Positions 1 to 10,198 of a DNA stretch of 64,000 nucleotides are shown one piece after another (the first letter of the stretch is position 1; each line of letters opens with the position of its first letter). The translations under genes and the position numbers were made by a program. The DNA is from Candidatus Sungiibacteriota bacterium (GTDB lineage: Bacteria; Patescibacteriota; Minisyncoccia; Sungbacterales; HO2-52-23). The notes beneath the pieces were generated by a model. It searched no databases. It had not been told where the DNA came from and was given only the letters and a program-made list of their open reading frames with translations. The stretch lies in the NCBI GenBank assembly GCA_016432465.1, contig CP066690.1:462823-526822 (forward strand), given 5' to 3'.

Positions 1-1
1 G

Positions 2-130
2 ATAAATCTCTCCTTAAAAGACGTGCCCGGACGCTACAGCGAAGAAGAAATTGAACGGGGACGGCGCGAGCGTCTGGACTTTCCCGAGACCCCGCGCGGA
101 GGACGACGACCGGGCCGCCATAGAAGATAA
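2..130 (+). CDS. 3' end of an S1-domain protein, possibly polynucleotide phosphorylase (partial, runs off window)
   Basis: Frame 2 reads INLSLKDVPGRYSEEEIERGRRERLDFPETPRGGRRPGRHRR*. INLSLK resembles the last strand of an S1 domain and is followed by an R/G-rich tail. Confidence 0.45.
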   Translation: MNLSLKDVPGRYSEEEIERGRRERLDFPETPRGGRRPGRHRR

Positions 131-132
131 AG

Positions 133-996
133 ATGGTGGAAAACAATCAGTCAAATCAAAATCAGCCGGAAAAAATCAAACCAGCCATCCGGACCATGAG
201 GTCCGATGTGCAGGAATTGCTCAAAACAACCAAATCTTCGCTCATACAAATAGTGGGGCAGGAAACAGTTTCTGCGCCGGCCGCGCCGCAAGGGGGGTTA
301 AGGTTTAAAAAATATGTTCCTCTGGTGCTTACTGCCCTTGGGGCGGCGGCTGTAATTTTAACTGCGGCCCTGTTTATTTTTCCTAAAAAAGACGGGGCTC
401 CAGCAACAAAATTAGTTCCTCCGGCGCCATTTTTCGCAGTGGAGGCCTCAAGAACGATCACCATTAAACCGCAGGATCGCAGCCAGATGTTGCGAATGCT
501 GGGGGATTCGGCTCAAGAAAAAGAGCGGGAAGGAATAGTAAAACGGGTTCTAATAAAAGTGCTGGATGGTCCTACGGAGCGTTTTATTCTGCCGCAGGAT
601 TTTTTTGAGATTTTACGCGTCAACCCGCCAGCCGGGTTTCTTGCCAGCACCCAGCCACCTCTTATGACCTTTTTTTACTACTCCGGCGGAGGGCCGCGTT
701 TTGGAATGGCGCTCCGGTCTTCGGACCCGGATCGGTTAATGGCCCAGCTCCTGACTTGGGAATCGTCCTTTCTTTCCGACTTTCTGCCCTTATTTTTTGG
801 CGAGAAGCCAGAGGTTATAATATCTCCGTTTGAAGACAGGACATACCGCAACGTAGACTGGAGATTTATAAAACTTTCCCAAGAAAAGGACTTGGGCCTT
901 GGGTACACTATTTTCCCTGCTGGCAACATATTAGTCATAACCACTGGCAAAGAAGCCATGGAAGTCGTGGTCAGTCGCTTATTTGACGCAAGATAG
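133..996 (+). CDS. Hypothetical single-TM protein
   Basis: 287-aa ORF with an IRTMRSD motif, one hydrophobic helix, and tight packing between neighbours. Confidence 0.8.
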   Translation: MVENNQSNQNQPEKIKPAIRTMRSDVQELLKTTKSSLIQIVGQETVSAPAAPQGGLRFKKYVPLVLTALGAAAVILTAALFIFPKKDGAPATKLVPPAPFFAVEASRTITIKPQDRSQMLRMLGDSAQEKEREGIVKRVLIKVLDGPTERFILPQDFFEILRVNPPAGFLASTQPPLMTFFYYSGGGPRFGMALRSSDPDRLMAQLLTWESSFLSDFLPLFFGEKPEVIISPFEDRTYRNVDWRFIKLSQEKDLGLGYTIFPAGNILVITTGKEAMEVVVSRLFDAR

Positions 997-1018
997 CAAG
1001 CTAATATAGGTTTAGCTA

Positions 1019-1408
1019 ATGGACAAGGACTTAACACAAGAATTTGAGACAGCCCTAAAGCAGGAACATGACAAACTGATAGGGGAGCTAAAGTCAATTG
1101 CTCGTCCTGACCCGACGCTAAAAGGCGATTGGGACGCCGAAATGCCTCAATTTGAAACCGGAGAATACGGAGGCCACGCGTCTCTGGAAGAAGAAGCGGA
1201 CGAAGTGGAAGAATACGAGACACGTCTGGGCGCAGAACACAGTTTGGAGTCAAGATTGCTTGAGGTTACCAAGGCTCTGGAAAGAATTCAAAAGGGCACT
1301 TACGGTATTTGCATAAAGTGCGGCAAGGAAATACCCGTAGAACGCCTGCGGGCCAACCCAGCCGCCGAGGCCGATCTTGAACACAACTCACAGGAGGGGG
1401 GATTTTAA
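1019..1408 (+). CDS. DksA/TraR family protein
   Basis: Coiled coil plus ALERIQKGTYGICIKCGKEIPVERLRANP. The second Cys pair is replaced by D-x2-H. Confidence 0.85.
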   Translation: MDKDLTQEFETALKQEHDKLIGELKSIARPDPTLKGDWDAEMPQFETGEYGGHASLEEEADEVEEYETRLGAEHSLESRLLEVTKALERIQKGTYGICIKCGKEIPVERLRANPAAEADLEHNSQEGGF

Positions 1409-1411
1409 AAC

Positions 1412-2935
1412 ATGTCAGTTGCAATTTATTCCGCCCAAGTGGTGGGACTTGACGCACAGCCAATTTCCGTTGAGGTAGACATAGCCCCCGGACTTCACAT
1501 CTTTTCTATTGTGGGTCTTGCTGATAAAGAGGTGCAGGAATCGCGTGAAAGAATCTCCGCGGCTATCAAAAACCTCGGAGCGCTTGCGCCCCACAAAAAA
1601 AGCCAACGCGTAATTGTAAACCTTGCCCCAGCCGACATTAAAAAAGAGGGGCCGGCTTTTGATTTACCCATTGCCCTTGGGTATCTCCTGGCCTCGGGGC
1701 AGATCGCTTTTAATCCCAAGGGTAAGCTGTTTCTGGGAGAACTGGGGCTGGACGGAACACTACGTAAGGTATCGGGCGTGCTTCCTATAGCCATGGCCGC
1801 CAGATTTTCAGGGTTTTCCCAGCTGATTTTACCCAAGGGTAATGGAAAAGAGGCGTCTGTGCTTGACGGTCTTGAGATTTTAGAGACCGAGAGTCTGTCC
1901 GAGGTAGTAGAATATCTTGCTGGCAGGAAAGAGCTGGCGCCACTCGGAAAAACAGGCACCGAATCCGTTGCCATAAGTCAGGGTATGGATTTGGGTGATA
2001 TCCGGGGACAGCTTAAGGCTAAAATGGCATTAGAGATTGCAGCTGCCGGTAACCATAATGTTTTATTCCACGGCCCGCCCGGAGCGGGAAAAACACTTTT
2101 GGCTCAAGCCCTTCCCTCCATTCTTCCTCCTCTTTCTTTTGAAGAGTCGCTGGAGGTGACCAAAATTTACAGCATTGCTGGGATGCTCAACGACAAACAA
2201 CCATTTATTTCCGTTCGTCCCTTTCGCAATCCGCATCACACCTCGTCTCACGCCGCTGTCATAGGAGGAGGAACGCACCCAAGACCCGGGGAGGCAACCC
2301 TGGCTCATCGTGGTGTTTTGTTTTTGGACGAGCTTCCCGAGTTTGACCGCAGAGTCATTGAGTCGTTAAGACAACCCCTAGAAGAACACACTATTACCGT
2401 AGCCCGCAGTCAGGGCACTCAAACTTTTCCGGCCCAGTTCATGTTGGTCGCTGCCATGAACCCGTGCCCTTGCGGTAACTATGACAACCCCACCAAAGAT
2501 TGCAGTTGCGCTCCGGGAGCAATCACTAAATACAGGAAAAAGGTGTCCGGACCAATTTTGGACCGTATTGATCTCCATGCGGAAACGCCCTCGGTTGAGT
2601 ACGAAAAGTTGGAGGGCGAGAGTAGAGAAGAGCCGTCTGCAAAAGTGCGCCAAAGGGTGGAACAAGCAAGAAAAATACAAAAGCAGCGCTTCCGCGGTCT
2701 GCCCATACAGACCAACGCCGAGATGGGACTGCGGGAAATAAAACAATTTATCAAGATAAAAGATTCGCTGCGTCCTATACTGAAAATGGCGCATGAGCGA
2801 TATCAATTATCGGCTAGAGCGTATCATCGCGTTTTGAAACTCTCCCGCACTATTGCGGACCTTGAGGGTTCAGAAGATCTGCAGGAAAATAATATTCTGG
2901 CGGCCCTACAGTTCCGGCCCAAGGTTGAAATATAA
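1412..2935 (+). CDS. comM: ComM/YifB Mg-chelatase-like AAA+ ATPase
   Basis: VNLAPADIKKEG, GPPGAGKT, PFRNPHH, LFLDELPEF, AAMNPCPCG, LDRIDL motifs. Confidence 0.95.
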   Translation: MSVAIYSAQVVGLDAQPISVEVDIAPGLHIFSIVGLADKEVQESRERISAAIKNLGALAPHKKSQRVIVNLAPADIKKEGPAFDLPIALGYLLASGQIAFNPKGKLFLGELGLDGTLRKVSGVLPIAMAARFSGFSQLILPKGNGKEASVLDGLEILETESLSEVVEYLAGRKELAPLGKTGTESVAISQGMDLGDIRGQLKAKMALEIAAAGNHNVLFHGPPGAGKTLLAQALPSILPPLSFEESLEVTKIYSIAGMLNDKQPFISVRPFRNPHHTSSHAAVIGGGTHPRPGEATLAHRGVLFLDELPEFDRRVIESLRQPLEEHTITVARSQGTQTFPAQFMLVAAMNPCPCGNYDNPTKDCSCAPGAITKYRKKVSGPILDRIDLHAETPSVEYEKLEGESREEPSAKVRQRVEQARKIQKQRFRGLPIQTNAEMGLREIKQFIKIKDSLRPILKMAHERYQLSARAYHRVLKLSRTIADLEGSEDLQENNILAALQFRPKVEI

Positions 2936-2963
2936 TATGTAAGGACGAAAAGATAAATATCAG

Positions 2964-4064
2964 TTACTCTCTTGTTTCAAAATGCACATGGCAACCGGTG
3001 GAATTGCCCGTGGACCCCATGGTTGCTACCTGACTGCCCTGAGCCACCTCCTGCCCGACAAAGGCCAGAATAGAACCAAGATGAGCAAGGAGAACGGTCC
3101 CTCTTTGGTGAGAAATAGCCATGTACCATCCATAACCGCCGTTCCATCCAGAAGAGCGGGCGATGATAACCTTGCCCGCGACCGGGGCAAGAACAGGCGC
3201 CCCGCAGTAACTTGCCAAATCAATTCCACTCTTTTTGTATCCGTGCGGCCCTTGGGTTTGTCTCCCACCAAAAATAGGCCTCATATAGTATCCCATGGGG
3301 GCGGTCGAAAGGGCCGTTGTTTTTGACGGTTGACTGAGGGGTGGCGCAGGGGGCGTCGCCATCTCCCCGTCGGGAATGATCAACGTCATGCCTGGTTTAA
3401 TTAGCTCATCTATGCTCAAGCCGTTGAAAATTCTGATTTCGTTTTCATCACCCTTGAATTTTCTGGCGATGGAGGAAATCGTATCGCCTTTTTTTACTTC
3501 AACTTGAATGCCGGGCACCGGTAGTATAAGAACGTCATCCCCGACCTTTATCAGATTTGGGTTGCGAATGTTATTTGCCCAAAGAAGGGTATTTAGAGAA
3601 ACACCAAAATTGTCTGCAATGGCCCCGGGTGTGTCTCCCGGCTGTACGGTGTAGACCAATATTCTGCCGGGGTTATTATTTGGTAGGGTGCCGCTGGGGT
3701 TTCGGTTGGCAACCAAAGCGCTGTCTTGGGTCGCAGAAAGAGGCGGCATATCGTCGTCAACAGAACCACCAATGGCAGGAGACGCATTGGCGCTCTGGCT
3801 ACCAAGAAGAGGTATAGATATGGAGAATAAAGATGATTCCTGGCTACTATTTTCTCCTCCGCTAACAAAAAACTTAACTATGGCGGAAAAAAGACCGGCA
3901 TGCGCGGGTTGGGGCGCAGTCGCTAAAACAATCAGCAACATAGCTCCAAAAACAAATAGCCCTTTTCTGAAAAGGGGCCTATATATGCTAAATTTTTGGA
4001 GTTCACCCAAGGGCGATTTGTTTCGCAAAAGAATAACCTTTAGAGCACTGTCCCAAGTGGCCAA
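2964..4064 (-). CDS. LysM-domain M23 family peptidase (start uncertain)
   Basis: Two LysM repeats (YTVQPGDT, VEVKKGDT) and M23 motifs H...GID, AHL, MGSTGNSTGCHVHFE. Confidence 0.9.
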   Translation of the reverse strand: MATWDSALKVILLRNKSPLGELQKFSIYRPLFRKGLFVFGAMLLIVLATAPQPAHAGLFSAIVKFFVSGGENSSQESSLFSISIPLLGSQSANASPAIGGSVDDDMPPLSATQDSALVANRNPSGTLPNNNPGRILVYTVQPGDTPGAIADNFGVSLNTLLWANNIRNPNLIKVGDDVLILPVPGIQVEVKKGDTISSIARKFKGDENEIRIFNGLSIDELIKPGMTLIIPDGEMATPPAPPLSQPSKTTALSTAPMGYYMRPIFGGRQTQGPHGYKKSGIDLASYCGAPVLAPVAGKVIIARSSGWNGGYGWYMAISHQRGTVLLAHLGSILAFVGQEVAQGSQVATMGSTGNSTGCHVHFETRE

Positions 4065-4161
4065 AAATGCTCTTACTTATGCCACCAAGCGGCAACTTTC
4101 TCTATATTTAAGCGACTTTTTCTTTGCTTTAAATAAAAACAGCGTTTATCGCTCCGCCTTC

Positions 4162-4190
4162 ATCCTAGTCCTCCGGTGGAGACGGGTCAA
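4162..4190 (-). promoter_or_regulatory. Putative sigma70 promoter for the LysM/M23 gene
   Basis: Minus strand TTGACC-N17-TAGGAT, with a 1-mismatch DnaA box CTATCCACA at 4196-4204 just upstream. Confidence 0.45.
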
Positions 4191-4299
4191 ATGCGCTATC
4201 CACACCCCGCCAGAAAGCTTTTTTGTTTTAAGGGCCTGTGGCTTCTACCTACAATGAATAAATTTAAATTTCTAAACGTAACCAGCAAAAAAACAACCA

Positions 4300-6222
4300 A
4301 TGAAAGAATTGCTTAACGATCTGAACCCCCAACAGCAAGAGGCGGTCCTAACCACCGAAGGACCTGTTTTGATTCTGGCGGGACCCGGTTCCGGAAAAAC
4401 AAAAACGCTTACTCAACGCATTGCCCACCTTTTACAAATAGGGGTGCCTGCCGAAGAAATTCTGGCCGTAACATTTACCAACAAAGCAGCCGGGGAGATG
4501 CGTTCGCGCATACGTGCGCTGGTGGGAGAAAAAGCACTCAATGCCAACAGCGAGACAATGTTTGTCGGCACCTTTCATAGCTTGGCCGTAAAAATATTGA
4601 GAGTCCATGCTTCGCGGCTCGGTTTTTTGCCAAACTTTACTATTTTTGACGATGACGACTCTCTGGCGTTGATCAAAGAAACCATGAAAGAACTGGCCAT
4701 AAACCCCAAACAGTTTCCGGCGGGGATGATTTCTGGTGTTATATCCGGACTTAAAAACGAGCTGGTAACCCCGGGGGAGTACGAGGCGCGAGAGGGACTT
4801 TCGGATTTATTCCCCAAAACCGTACATAAAATTTATGCTTTTTATCAGAAAAGCCTGCATGATGCCAACGCCATGGACTTTGACGACCTTATTATGAATG
4901 TTTGCCTTCTTTTTGATAAAAACCCAGTTATTCTTGAAAGCTATCAAAATCGTTTTCGCTATATAAACGTGGACGAGTATCAGGACGTAAATCAGGCCCA
5001 GTACCGCCTGGTAACACAACTTGCCCTAAAGAAACGCAATATTGCAGTTGTTGGGGACGACGCGCAGGCAATTTACGCTTTCCGGGGCGCGGATTATCGC
5101 AACATTCTCAATTTTGAGAATGACTGGCCTGATGCCAAAGTGGTGGTACTTGATCAAAATTACCGCTCCACCCAAATAATTCTGGAGGCGGCAAGCGAAC
5201 TAATCGCCAAGAACAAACTTCAGAAGAAAAAGCAGCTCTGGACAACGGGGGCCGAGGGAGAACCCATTACAGTGGTTGCTGCTGAAAACGAACGTCAAGA
5301 AGCGGAGTTTATACTCTCTCTTATGAAAGACTTAGTCGGGCGCGGCTGCCCGCTAAAAGACATGGTGGTTTTGTATCGGACAAATGCGCAATCAAGAAAC
5401 TTGGAGGAGGTTTTTCTGGAACACAATTTCCCGTACAAAATTGTGGGCGGAATAAAATTCTACCACAGGAAAGAAGTAAAAGACGTTATTTCTTACTTAA
5501 GATTCCTGTTTAACTCCAAAGACCTGGTGAGTTTAAAACGCATAATAAATGTGCCGGCACGCGGTATAGGTAAAAGCACGATACTGGCCTATCTTGCCGA
5601 AAACAAACGCGTCTTAAGGCCGGCGGAAAAAGAAAAAATAGAACGCTTTCATGCTCTTAAGACCGAGTTGCGCGAAGGTATAAACAGTCTGACTGCGGCC
5701 GCCTTTCTTAAACACCTCCTCAAAACCATCAAATACCGAGAGTACCTTGACGACAGTTCTGCCAACTCCGAGGAGCGGTGGGAAAACGTACAGGAGTTAG
5801 TTAGTCTGGCCAAAAAATATGATGCCCTGGAATCTCCAAAAGGATTAGAGAAACTTCTGGAGGACGTTGCGCTTATGTCAGACAGCGACCAGATAGAAAC
5901 CGGCCAGAGTGTTGTTAACCTTATGACCCTGCATTCGGCTAAGGGGCTTGAATTTCCGGTTGTGTTCGTGGTGGGCATGGAGGAGGGAATTTTCCCGCAC
6001 TCCCGTTCCCTTTTTAATCCGGCTGACTTGGAAGAAGAACGCAGACTCTGCTATGTGGGTCTAACCCGGGCCAAAAAGCGGGTTTTTCTCTCTTTTGCAC
6101 TTCAAAGGACTCGCTTTGGAGCAACAGAGGTAAATCCGCCATCCCGCTTTCTTTCCGAAATACCCGAACACCTGCTTGAGGTTAACGAACTCATCCCTAC
6201 TATAGAGGCTAAGCCTCTATAG
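4300..6222 (+). CDS. pcrA: UvrD/PcrA ATP-dependent DNA helicase
   Basis: AGPGSGKT, TFTNKAA, VDEYQD, VGDDAQAIYAFRGA, NYRST, TLHSAKGLEF, EERRLCYV. Confidence 0.97.
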   Translation: MKELLNDLNPQQQEAVLTTEGPVLILAGPGSGKTKTLTQRIAHLLQIGVPAEEILAVTFTNKAAGEMRSRIRALVGEKALNANSETMFVGTFHSLAVKILRVHASRLGFLPNFTIFDDDDSLALIKETMKELAINPKQFPAGMISGVISGLKNELVTPGEYEAREGLSDLFPKTVHKIYAFYQKSLHDANAMDFDDLIMNVCLLFDKNPVILESYQNRFRYINVDEYQDVNQAQYRLVTQLALKKRNIAVVGDDAQAIYAFRGADYRNILNFENDWPDAKVVVLDQNYRSTQIILEAASELIAKNKLQKKKQLWTTGAEGEPITVVAAENERQEAEFILSLMKDLVGRGCPLKDMVVLYRTNAQSRNLEEVFLEHNFPYKIVGGIKFYHRKEVKDVISYLRFLFNSKDLVSLKRIINVPARGIGKSTILAYLAENKRVLRPAEKEKIERFHALKTELREGINSLTAAAFLKHLLKTIKYREYLDDSSANSEERWENVQELVSLAKKYDALESPKGLEKLLEDVALMSDSDQIETGQSVVNLMTLHSAKGLEFPVVFVVGMEEGIFPHSRSLFNPADLEEERRLCYVGLTRAKKRVFLSFALQRTRFGATEVNPPSRFLSEIPEHLLEVNELIPTIEAKPL

Positions 6223-6235
6223 TAAATAGGGCTAT

Positions 6236-6988
6236 ATGTACGCGAAAAAATCACTAGGACAACATTTTTTGCGCTGTCGGTGGGTGATTTCTACACTCGT
6301 CCACGCGGCGGAGCTCAAATCAACTGATACGGTACTGGAAATCGGACCCGGAACCGGAATTTTGACGCGAGCGCTTGCGCGGCGTGCCAAAAAAGTCATT
6401 GCCGTAGAAAAAGACGAAAAACTTGCGGAGGAACTAAGAATCAGGCTGGCGGACGGCAACATCAAAAACGTAACTATAATATCCGGGGACATACTCAAAG
6501 TACTGCCCAGGGCCAAACTTGGCACAGGATATAAGGTGGCAGCAAATATACCGTACTATCTCACCTCCAGACTCCTTCGGGTACTTTTGGAACAAAAACA
6601 GCAACCATCCCTCATGGTACTTACCGTCCAAAAAGAGGTGGCCCAACGTATTACTGCCAAACCACCGCACATGAATCTTCTAGCGCTTTCTGTTCAGGCC
6701 TACGGAAAACCAGAAATTATAAAAACCGTTCCGGCAAGCTGTTTTTGGCCCAAACCAAGAGTAGATTCAGCTGTGATAAAAATAAGGCTCAAAACTAAAG
6801 TGGCTGGCAATGATACTAAGCTAAGGGGTCTTTTTACTCTTGCCAGAAGTGCCTTTGGCCAAAAGAGAAAAACGCTGCGTAGATCCTTAGGAATAAAAGA
6901 CCCAGACATTAGACTAAAACGTCCCCAAGAGCTAAAACTTGAGGATTGGTTTACTCTCCTGGTTTCCGTACAAAAAGAGCACGCCTAG
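6236..6988 (+). CDS. rsmA: 16S rRNA adenine dimethyltransferase
   Basis: KKSLGQHFL, VLEIGPGTG, ANIPYY, PKPRVDSAV. Confidence 0.95.
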   Translation: MYAKKSLGQHFLRCRWVISTLVHAAELKSTDTVLEIGPGTGILTRALARRAKKVIAVEKDEKLAEELRIRLADGNIKNVTIISGDILKVLPRAKLGTGYKVAANIPYYLTSRLLRVLLEQKQQPSLMVLTVQKEVAQRITAKPPHMNLLALSVQAYGKPEIIKTVPASCFWPKPRVDSAVIKIRLKTKVAGNDTKLRGLFTLARSAFGQKRKTLRRSLGIKDPDIRLKRPQELKLEDWFTLLVSVQKEHA

Positions 6989-7001
6989 GCGCGCTCTTTT
7001 T
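6972..7001. terminator. Bidirectional terminator
   Basis: AAAAAGAGC-A-CGCCTAGGCG-C-GCTCTTTTT between convergent genes. Confidence 0.6.
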
Positions 7002-7002
7002 C

Positions 7003-7356
7003 CTAAGGACTAGTGCCTATAATGGCTGCTGGAAATCCGGCTCCGGCAGGAAGCGGTCCGACAAAGCAAACTGTCGGCGATGGGGCGTGCGTACCCAAAG
7101 CCCAGGCCCCCGGATGAAAGGCGCCAAATAAAAAAATAAGCGTTCCTGGGGTCATTACAACGACCGACCGCGGCCCGGAAATACCAACTACGGTTATCAA
7201 AAAACCCGGTGGTGTTGTGCAGGGACTGACAAACGTGATCCTGCCACCAAAGGGCAAAAATGCAGCTCCAGCCTGCGCTCGACCATAAAGAGCGCCTGTA
7301 AAGAATAGGGCGCCAACAACAATGACAAGCAAAAACAAAAGCCTAGTTTTTATCAC
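7003..7356 (-). CDS. Small secreted hypothetical protein
   Basis: Signal peptide followed by a PFGGRI...PC...C, Gly/Pro-rich domain; divergent from the secretion-like operon. Confidence 0.7.
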   Translation of the reverse strand: MIKTRLLFLLVIVVGALFFTGALYGRAQAGAAFLPFGGRITFVSPCTTPPGFLITVVGISGPRSVVVMTPGTLIFLFGAFHPGAWALGTHAPSPTVCFVGPLPAGAGFPAAIIGTSP

Positions 7357-7384
7357 ACCTTCATTCTACTCTAGCCGCAGAAAG

Positions 7385-7431
7385 TTATCCACAATCCCCA
7401 CAAAGATAACCTCTCTATTTAGAGGTATAAT
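7385..7431 (+). promoter_or_regulatory. Perfect DnaA box plus -10 element for the T4SS-like operon
   Basis: TTATCCACA at 7385-7393. TATAAT at 7426-7431 lies 6 nt before GTG 7438 (leaderless geometry). Confidence 0.55.
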
Positions 7432-7437
7432 AAAAGT

Positions 7438-8388
7438 GTGAAAACTTGGTTTGGCATTATCCTGCCAACTTTAAAAAAAGCGGGGTTAATTCTTGCTGTT
7501 TTGGTGTTTCTTGCACTTATAGCAGGGACGTTTTTCCGCCAAAATAAAAAAGATGCTTCGGTGGAGGGGGGCGCTACAGCCGCCCCAAAAAAACAGCAAA
7601 TTCAACTTACCCAAGATAGCGACAGCGACGGCCTTAAAGATTGGGAAGAAGCGATATACCGAACCGATCCTCATAACGCCGATACTGACGGGGACGGCGC
7701 CAAAGACGGCGAAGAAATAGCGCAGAACCGCAACCCCCTACAAGCCGGCCCCGGAGATTTTTTGGCCGCATCCGCCCCAACTGCTGGAAAAGGCGGGGTT
7801 GAACCCGCAAAAAATATTACGGACCGCCTTATCCAGCTTTTTGGCGCAAAATATTTTGCTCAAAGGATTAACGATCCCGACCAGCCCCTAGACGTACAGG
7901 AAATCGCCAACGATATAGCCCAAAATATACCCAGCTACCAGTCCTCAATCAAACCGTTTCTGTTAAAAGACCTGACGATTTTGAAAAACAGCACCCCCGA
8001 AAACATAAAGAACTGGGCTAAAAGTTTTGACGCCATCAACGAAGAGGCGTTTGCGGGCATAAACGAGGCCGAAATTTCTATTCTCATAAAGGCGCTTAGC
8101 ACCGAAGATTACTCTCTTCTGGCGGAGTTGGATAAACACATTACTGCATATAACACAACCCTGGAACGGATGAGGAAACTCGTTGTCCCATCCGAGTTTG
8201 CTTCTTTCCAGTTGCGCTTTATGAATATAGCGCTGGAGTTGCGGGAGCTCGCGCAAAATTTTAAGAAGGCGGACAAAGATGTGCTGGCTGCGTCCAGCGG
8301 GGTACAGTCCTACCTTAAACTTGCCAGCGAAATTCAAACCATCAGCCAAAACGTAAAGCAGGAACTAAGACGTAGAAATCTTTTGTGA
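7438..8388 (+). CDS. Membrane-anchored protein with thrombospondin type-3-like Ca-binding repeats
   Basis: N-terminal TM and DSDSDGLKDWEE...DTDGDGAKDGEE. Confidence 0.8.
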   Translation: MKTWFGIILPTLKKAGLILAVLVFLALIAGTFFRQNKKDASVEGGATAAPKKQQIQLTQDSDSDGLKDWEEAIYRTDPHNADTDGDGAKDGEEIAQNRNPLQAGPGDFLAASAPTAGKGGVEPAKNITDRLIQLFGAKYFAQRINDPDQPLDVQEIANDIAQNIPSYQSSIKPFLLKDLTILKNSTPENIKNWAKSFDAINEEAFAGINEAEISILIKALSTEDYSLLAELDKHITAYNTTLERMRKLVVPSEFASFQLRFMNIALELRELAQNFKKADKDVLAASSGVQSYLKLASEIQTISQNVKQELRRRNLL

Positions 8389-8389
8389 T

Positions 8390-10198
8390 ATGAACAGTCC
8401 CGGCTTTATAAAAAAAATCCTGTCTCCAGTACTCATTGCCGTGGTTATTTCCCTGCAGGTGCTAGGACCGCTTGCTATTCCGTTTACTGTTCAGGCGCAA
8501 ACTCCCGGACCCTTGGGCGGGACCCCGATTGATGCTTCGCAGTTTACCAACTTCGGGGCTGCTTCCGCTGCTGGCGTTTTGCTAACTGTTCCCACAAGGT
8601 CAAACCCAATATTCAGCGGCCCCTCTTTCCTTGATTGGGGAAATCTCAAAGAATACATTCTTGACCAGATTGCCACCATCATAACCACAACCGTTATTCG
8701 CTCCCTTACCCGTCAGGTTCTGGCTTGGATTCAGGGGGGCAATGTGGGATTTGTATCCATACTGGAGCAAGAATTCCAGCATGCGGCTGACATAGCGGGG
8801 GGTGACTTTTTGCAGAAAATCTCACCCATTGATCTTTGCGGCAATATAAGCGCTTATCTAAGGATTACCCTCCGCGTTCCGGGTTTACGCCAGCGTTTAT
8901 TCTGTACAGTCACTGATATTGCCAAAAACTTAAATAACTTCTATCGGGACTTTAAACAGGGGGGCTGGAAATCTTTTATTCAAGTCGTGGTTGAGCCGCA
9001 AAACAACCCCTATGGCGCGTTTCTCATTGCGCTGGACGCCAAGATAGGGGCAGAAAGAAACGCCCGCGAAACTCTGCTAGCTAAGTACATAGCGGGTCGC
9101 GGCTTTACGGGTGTGCAAAAAACAGTCAAATACGGCTGCGAGGTAACCGGAGTGAAAGAAGGACGACGCACGGCAAGCGAAGTTACCTGCGGAAACGCGC
9201 AGAAAATCACCCTGCCCGGCGATCAGGTTGCCCAACAACTCGGATTTGTTCTTACCAACGACTACCGCAAGGCGCTGCTGGCCGACGAAATAAACGAAGC
9301 TATTGTGACCATTACCAACGCCCTTATTACTAAAGTGATTTCTGCCGCCTTCTCCATAGAAAGCGGGGGCACAACAGTGGGCGGGGACGGATTGGAAAGC
9401 CCGGAGCTTAGCAGGACTCCGCCCACTGAAAGTTTTTCATCGGGAGAAATTCCTTTAAGGGTTAATGAGGCCCTGTTTACGTCGGAAAGTTATCTTGCTG
9501 CGCTTGACCGGGATAGCGCCTCGGCACGCAACCAGCTTTTTTCTCTGCGCCAACGGATAGAACAAATTGTTCTTGACCCGGCCGCGAACCAAAACGAAGC
9601 AGATGAATTACGCGTACAAGCCAAAACCCAAGAAGATGTTATGACCCGACTAAGCGAACAAAAGCAAGCGGTGCTGGTCAGCCAACGCGAACTTCTGGCT
9701 CTTAAACTTAGCTTATTAACCACCGGTGACCTTTCCTCCTTAGTCAACGACTTTACGCGGGCCGTTACCCGACTGGTAGTCGCGGGCAACAGCGTTGCCA
9801 ACGCTCCAATTCCTGCTACGTCTTCCGGCAACGAAGGAACTGATATTCGGTTGTTGATGAGTGCCGGTATGGGTGATCTGCAAGGAGCTGCATCCCAAAT
9901 TCAGACAACCCTAAGTGAGATAGACCGCTTGGCAAAAAGCAGTCTTATAAGTACGGCCCAGAAACAGGACTTAATTTCTGCGCGCGCCGCACTGGTGAAA
10001 GAGCAGGCACAAATCCAGAATGCCTTAACAGAGGTGGCCCGACTGGGAAACAAATTGTTAACAGAAGAGGGCGAGAAACTTAAAGACACCCAAATAAACT
10101 CACTAAGACTGCTCGTCGTAAACAGCGTCGCCCTTTCGTCTTTGCTGACCGTATTGTCCACAGCCGATAAGTCGCTCAAGCTTACCCCCGCACAATGA
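8390..10198 (+). CDS. Secreted/membrane hypothetical protein of the T4SS-like operon
   Basis: Signal peptide, paired Cys, long helical C-terminus; translationally coupled to neighbours. Confidence 0.75.
   Translation: MNSPGFIKKILSPVLIAVVISLQVLGPLAIPFTVQAQTPGPLGGTPIDASQFTNFGAASAAGVLLTVPTRSNPIFSGPSFLDWGNLKEYILDQIATIITTTVIRSLTRQVLAWIQGGNVGFVSILEQEFQHAADIAGGDFLQKISPIDLCGNISAYLRITLRVPGLRQRLFCTVTDIAKNLNNFYRDFKQGGWKSFIQVVVEPQNNPYGAFLIALDAKIGAERNARETLLAKYIAGRGFTGVQKTVKYGCEVTGVKEGRRTASEVTCGNAQKITLPGDQVAQQLGFVLTNDYRKALLADEINEAIVTITNALITKVISAAFSIESGGTTVGGDGLESPELSRTPPTESFSSGEIPLRVNEALFTSESYLAALDRDSASARNQLFSLRQRIEQIVLDPAANQNEADELRVQAKTQEDVMTRLSEQKQAVLVSQRELLALKLSLLTTGDLSSLVNDFTRAVTRLVVAGNSVANAPIPATSSGNEGTDIRLLMSAGMGDLQGAASQIQTTLSEIDRLAKSSLISTAQKQDLISARAALVKEQAQIQNALTEVARLGNKLLTEEGEKLKDTQINSLRLLVVNSVALSSLLTVLSTADKSLKLTPAQ

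Noticed and set aside
4065-4160. Riboswitch (e.g. c-di-AMP) upstream of the LysM/M23 gene
   Set aside because: A leader with weak pairing exists, but no recognisable aptamer consensus.
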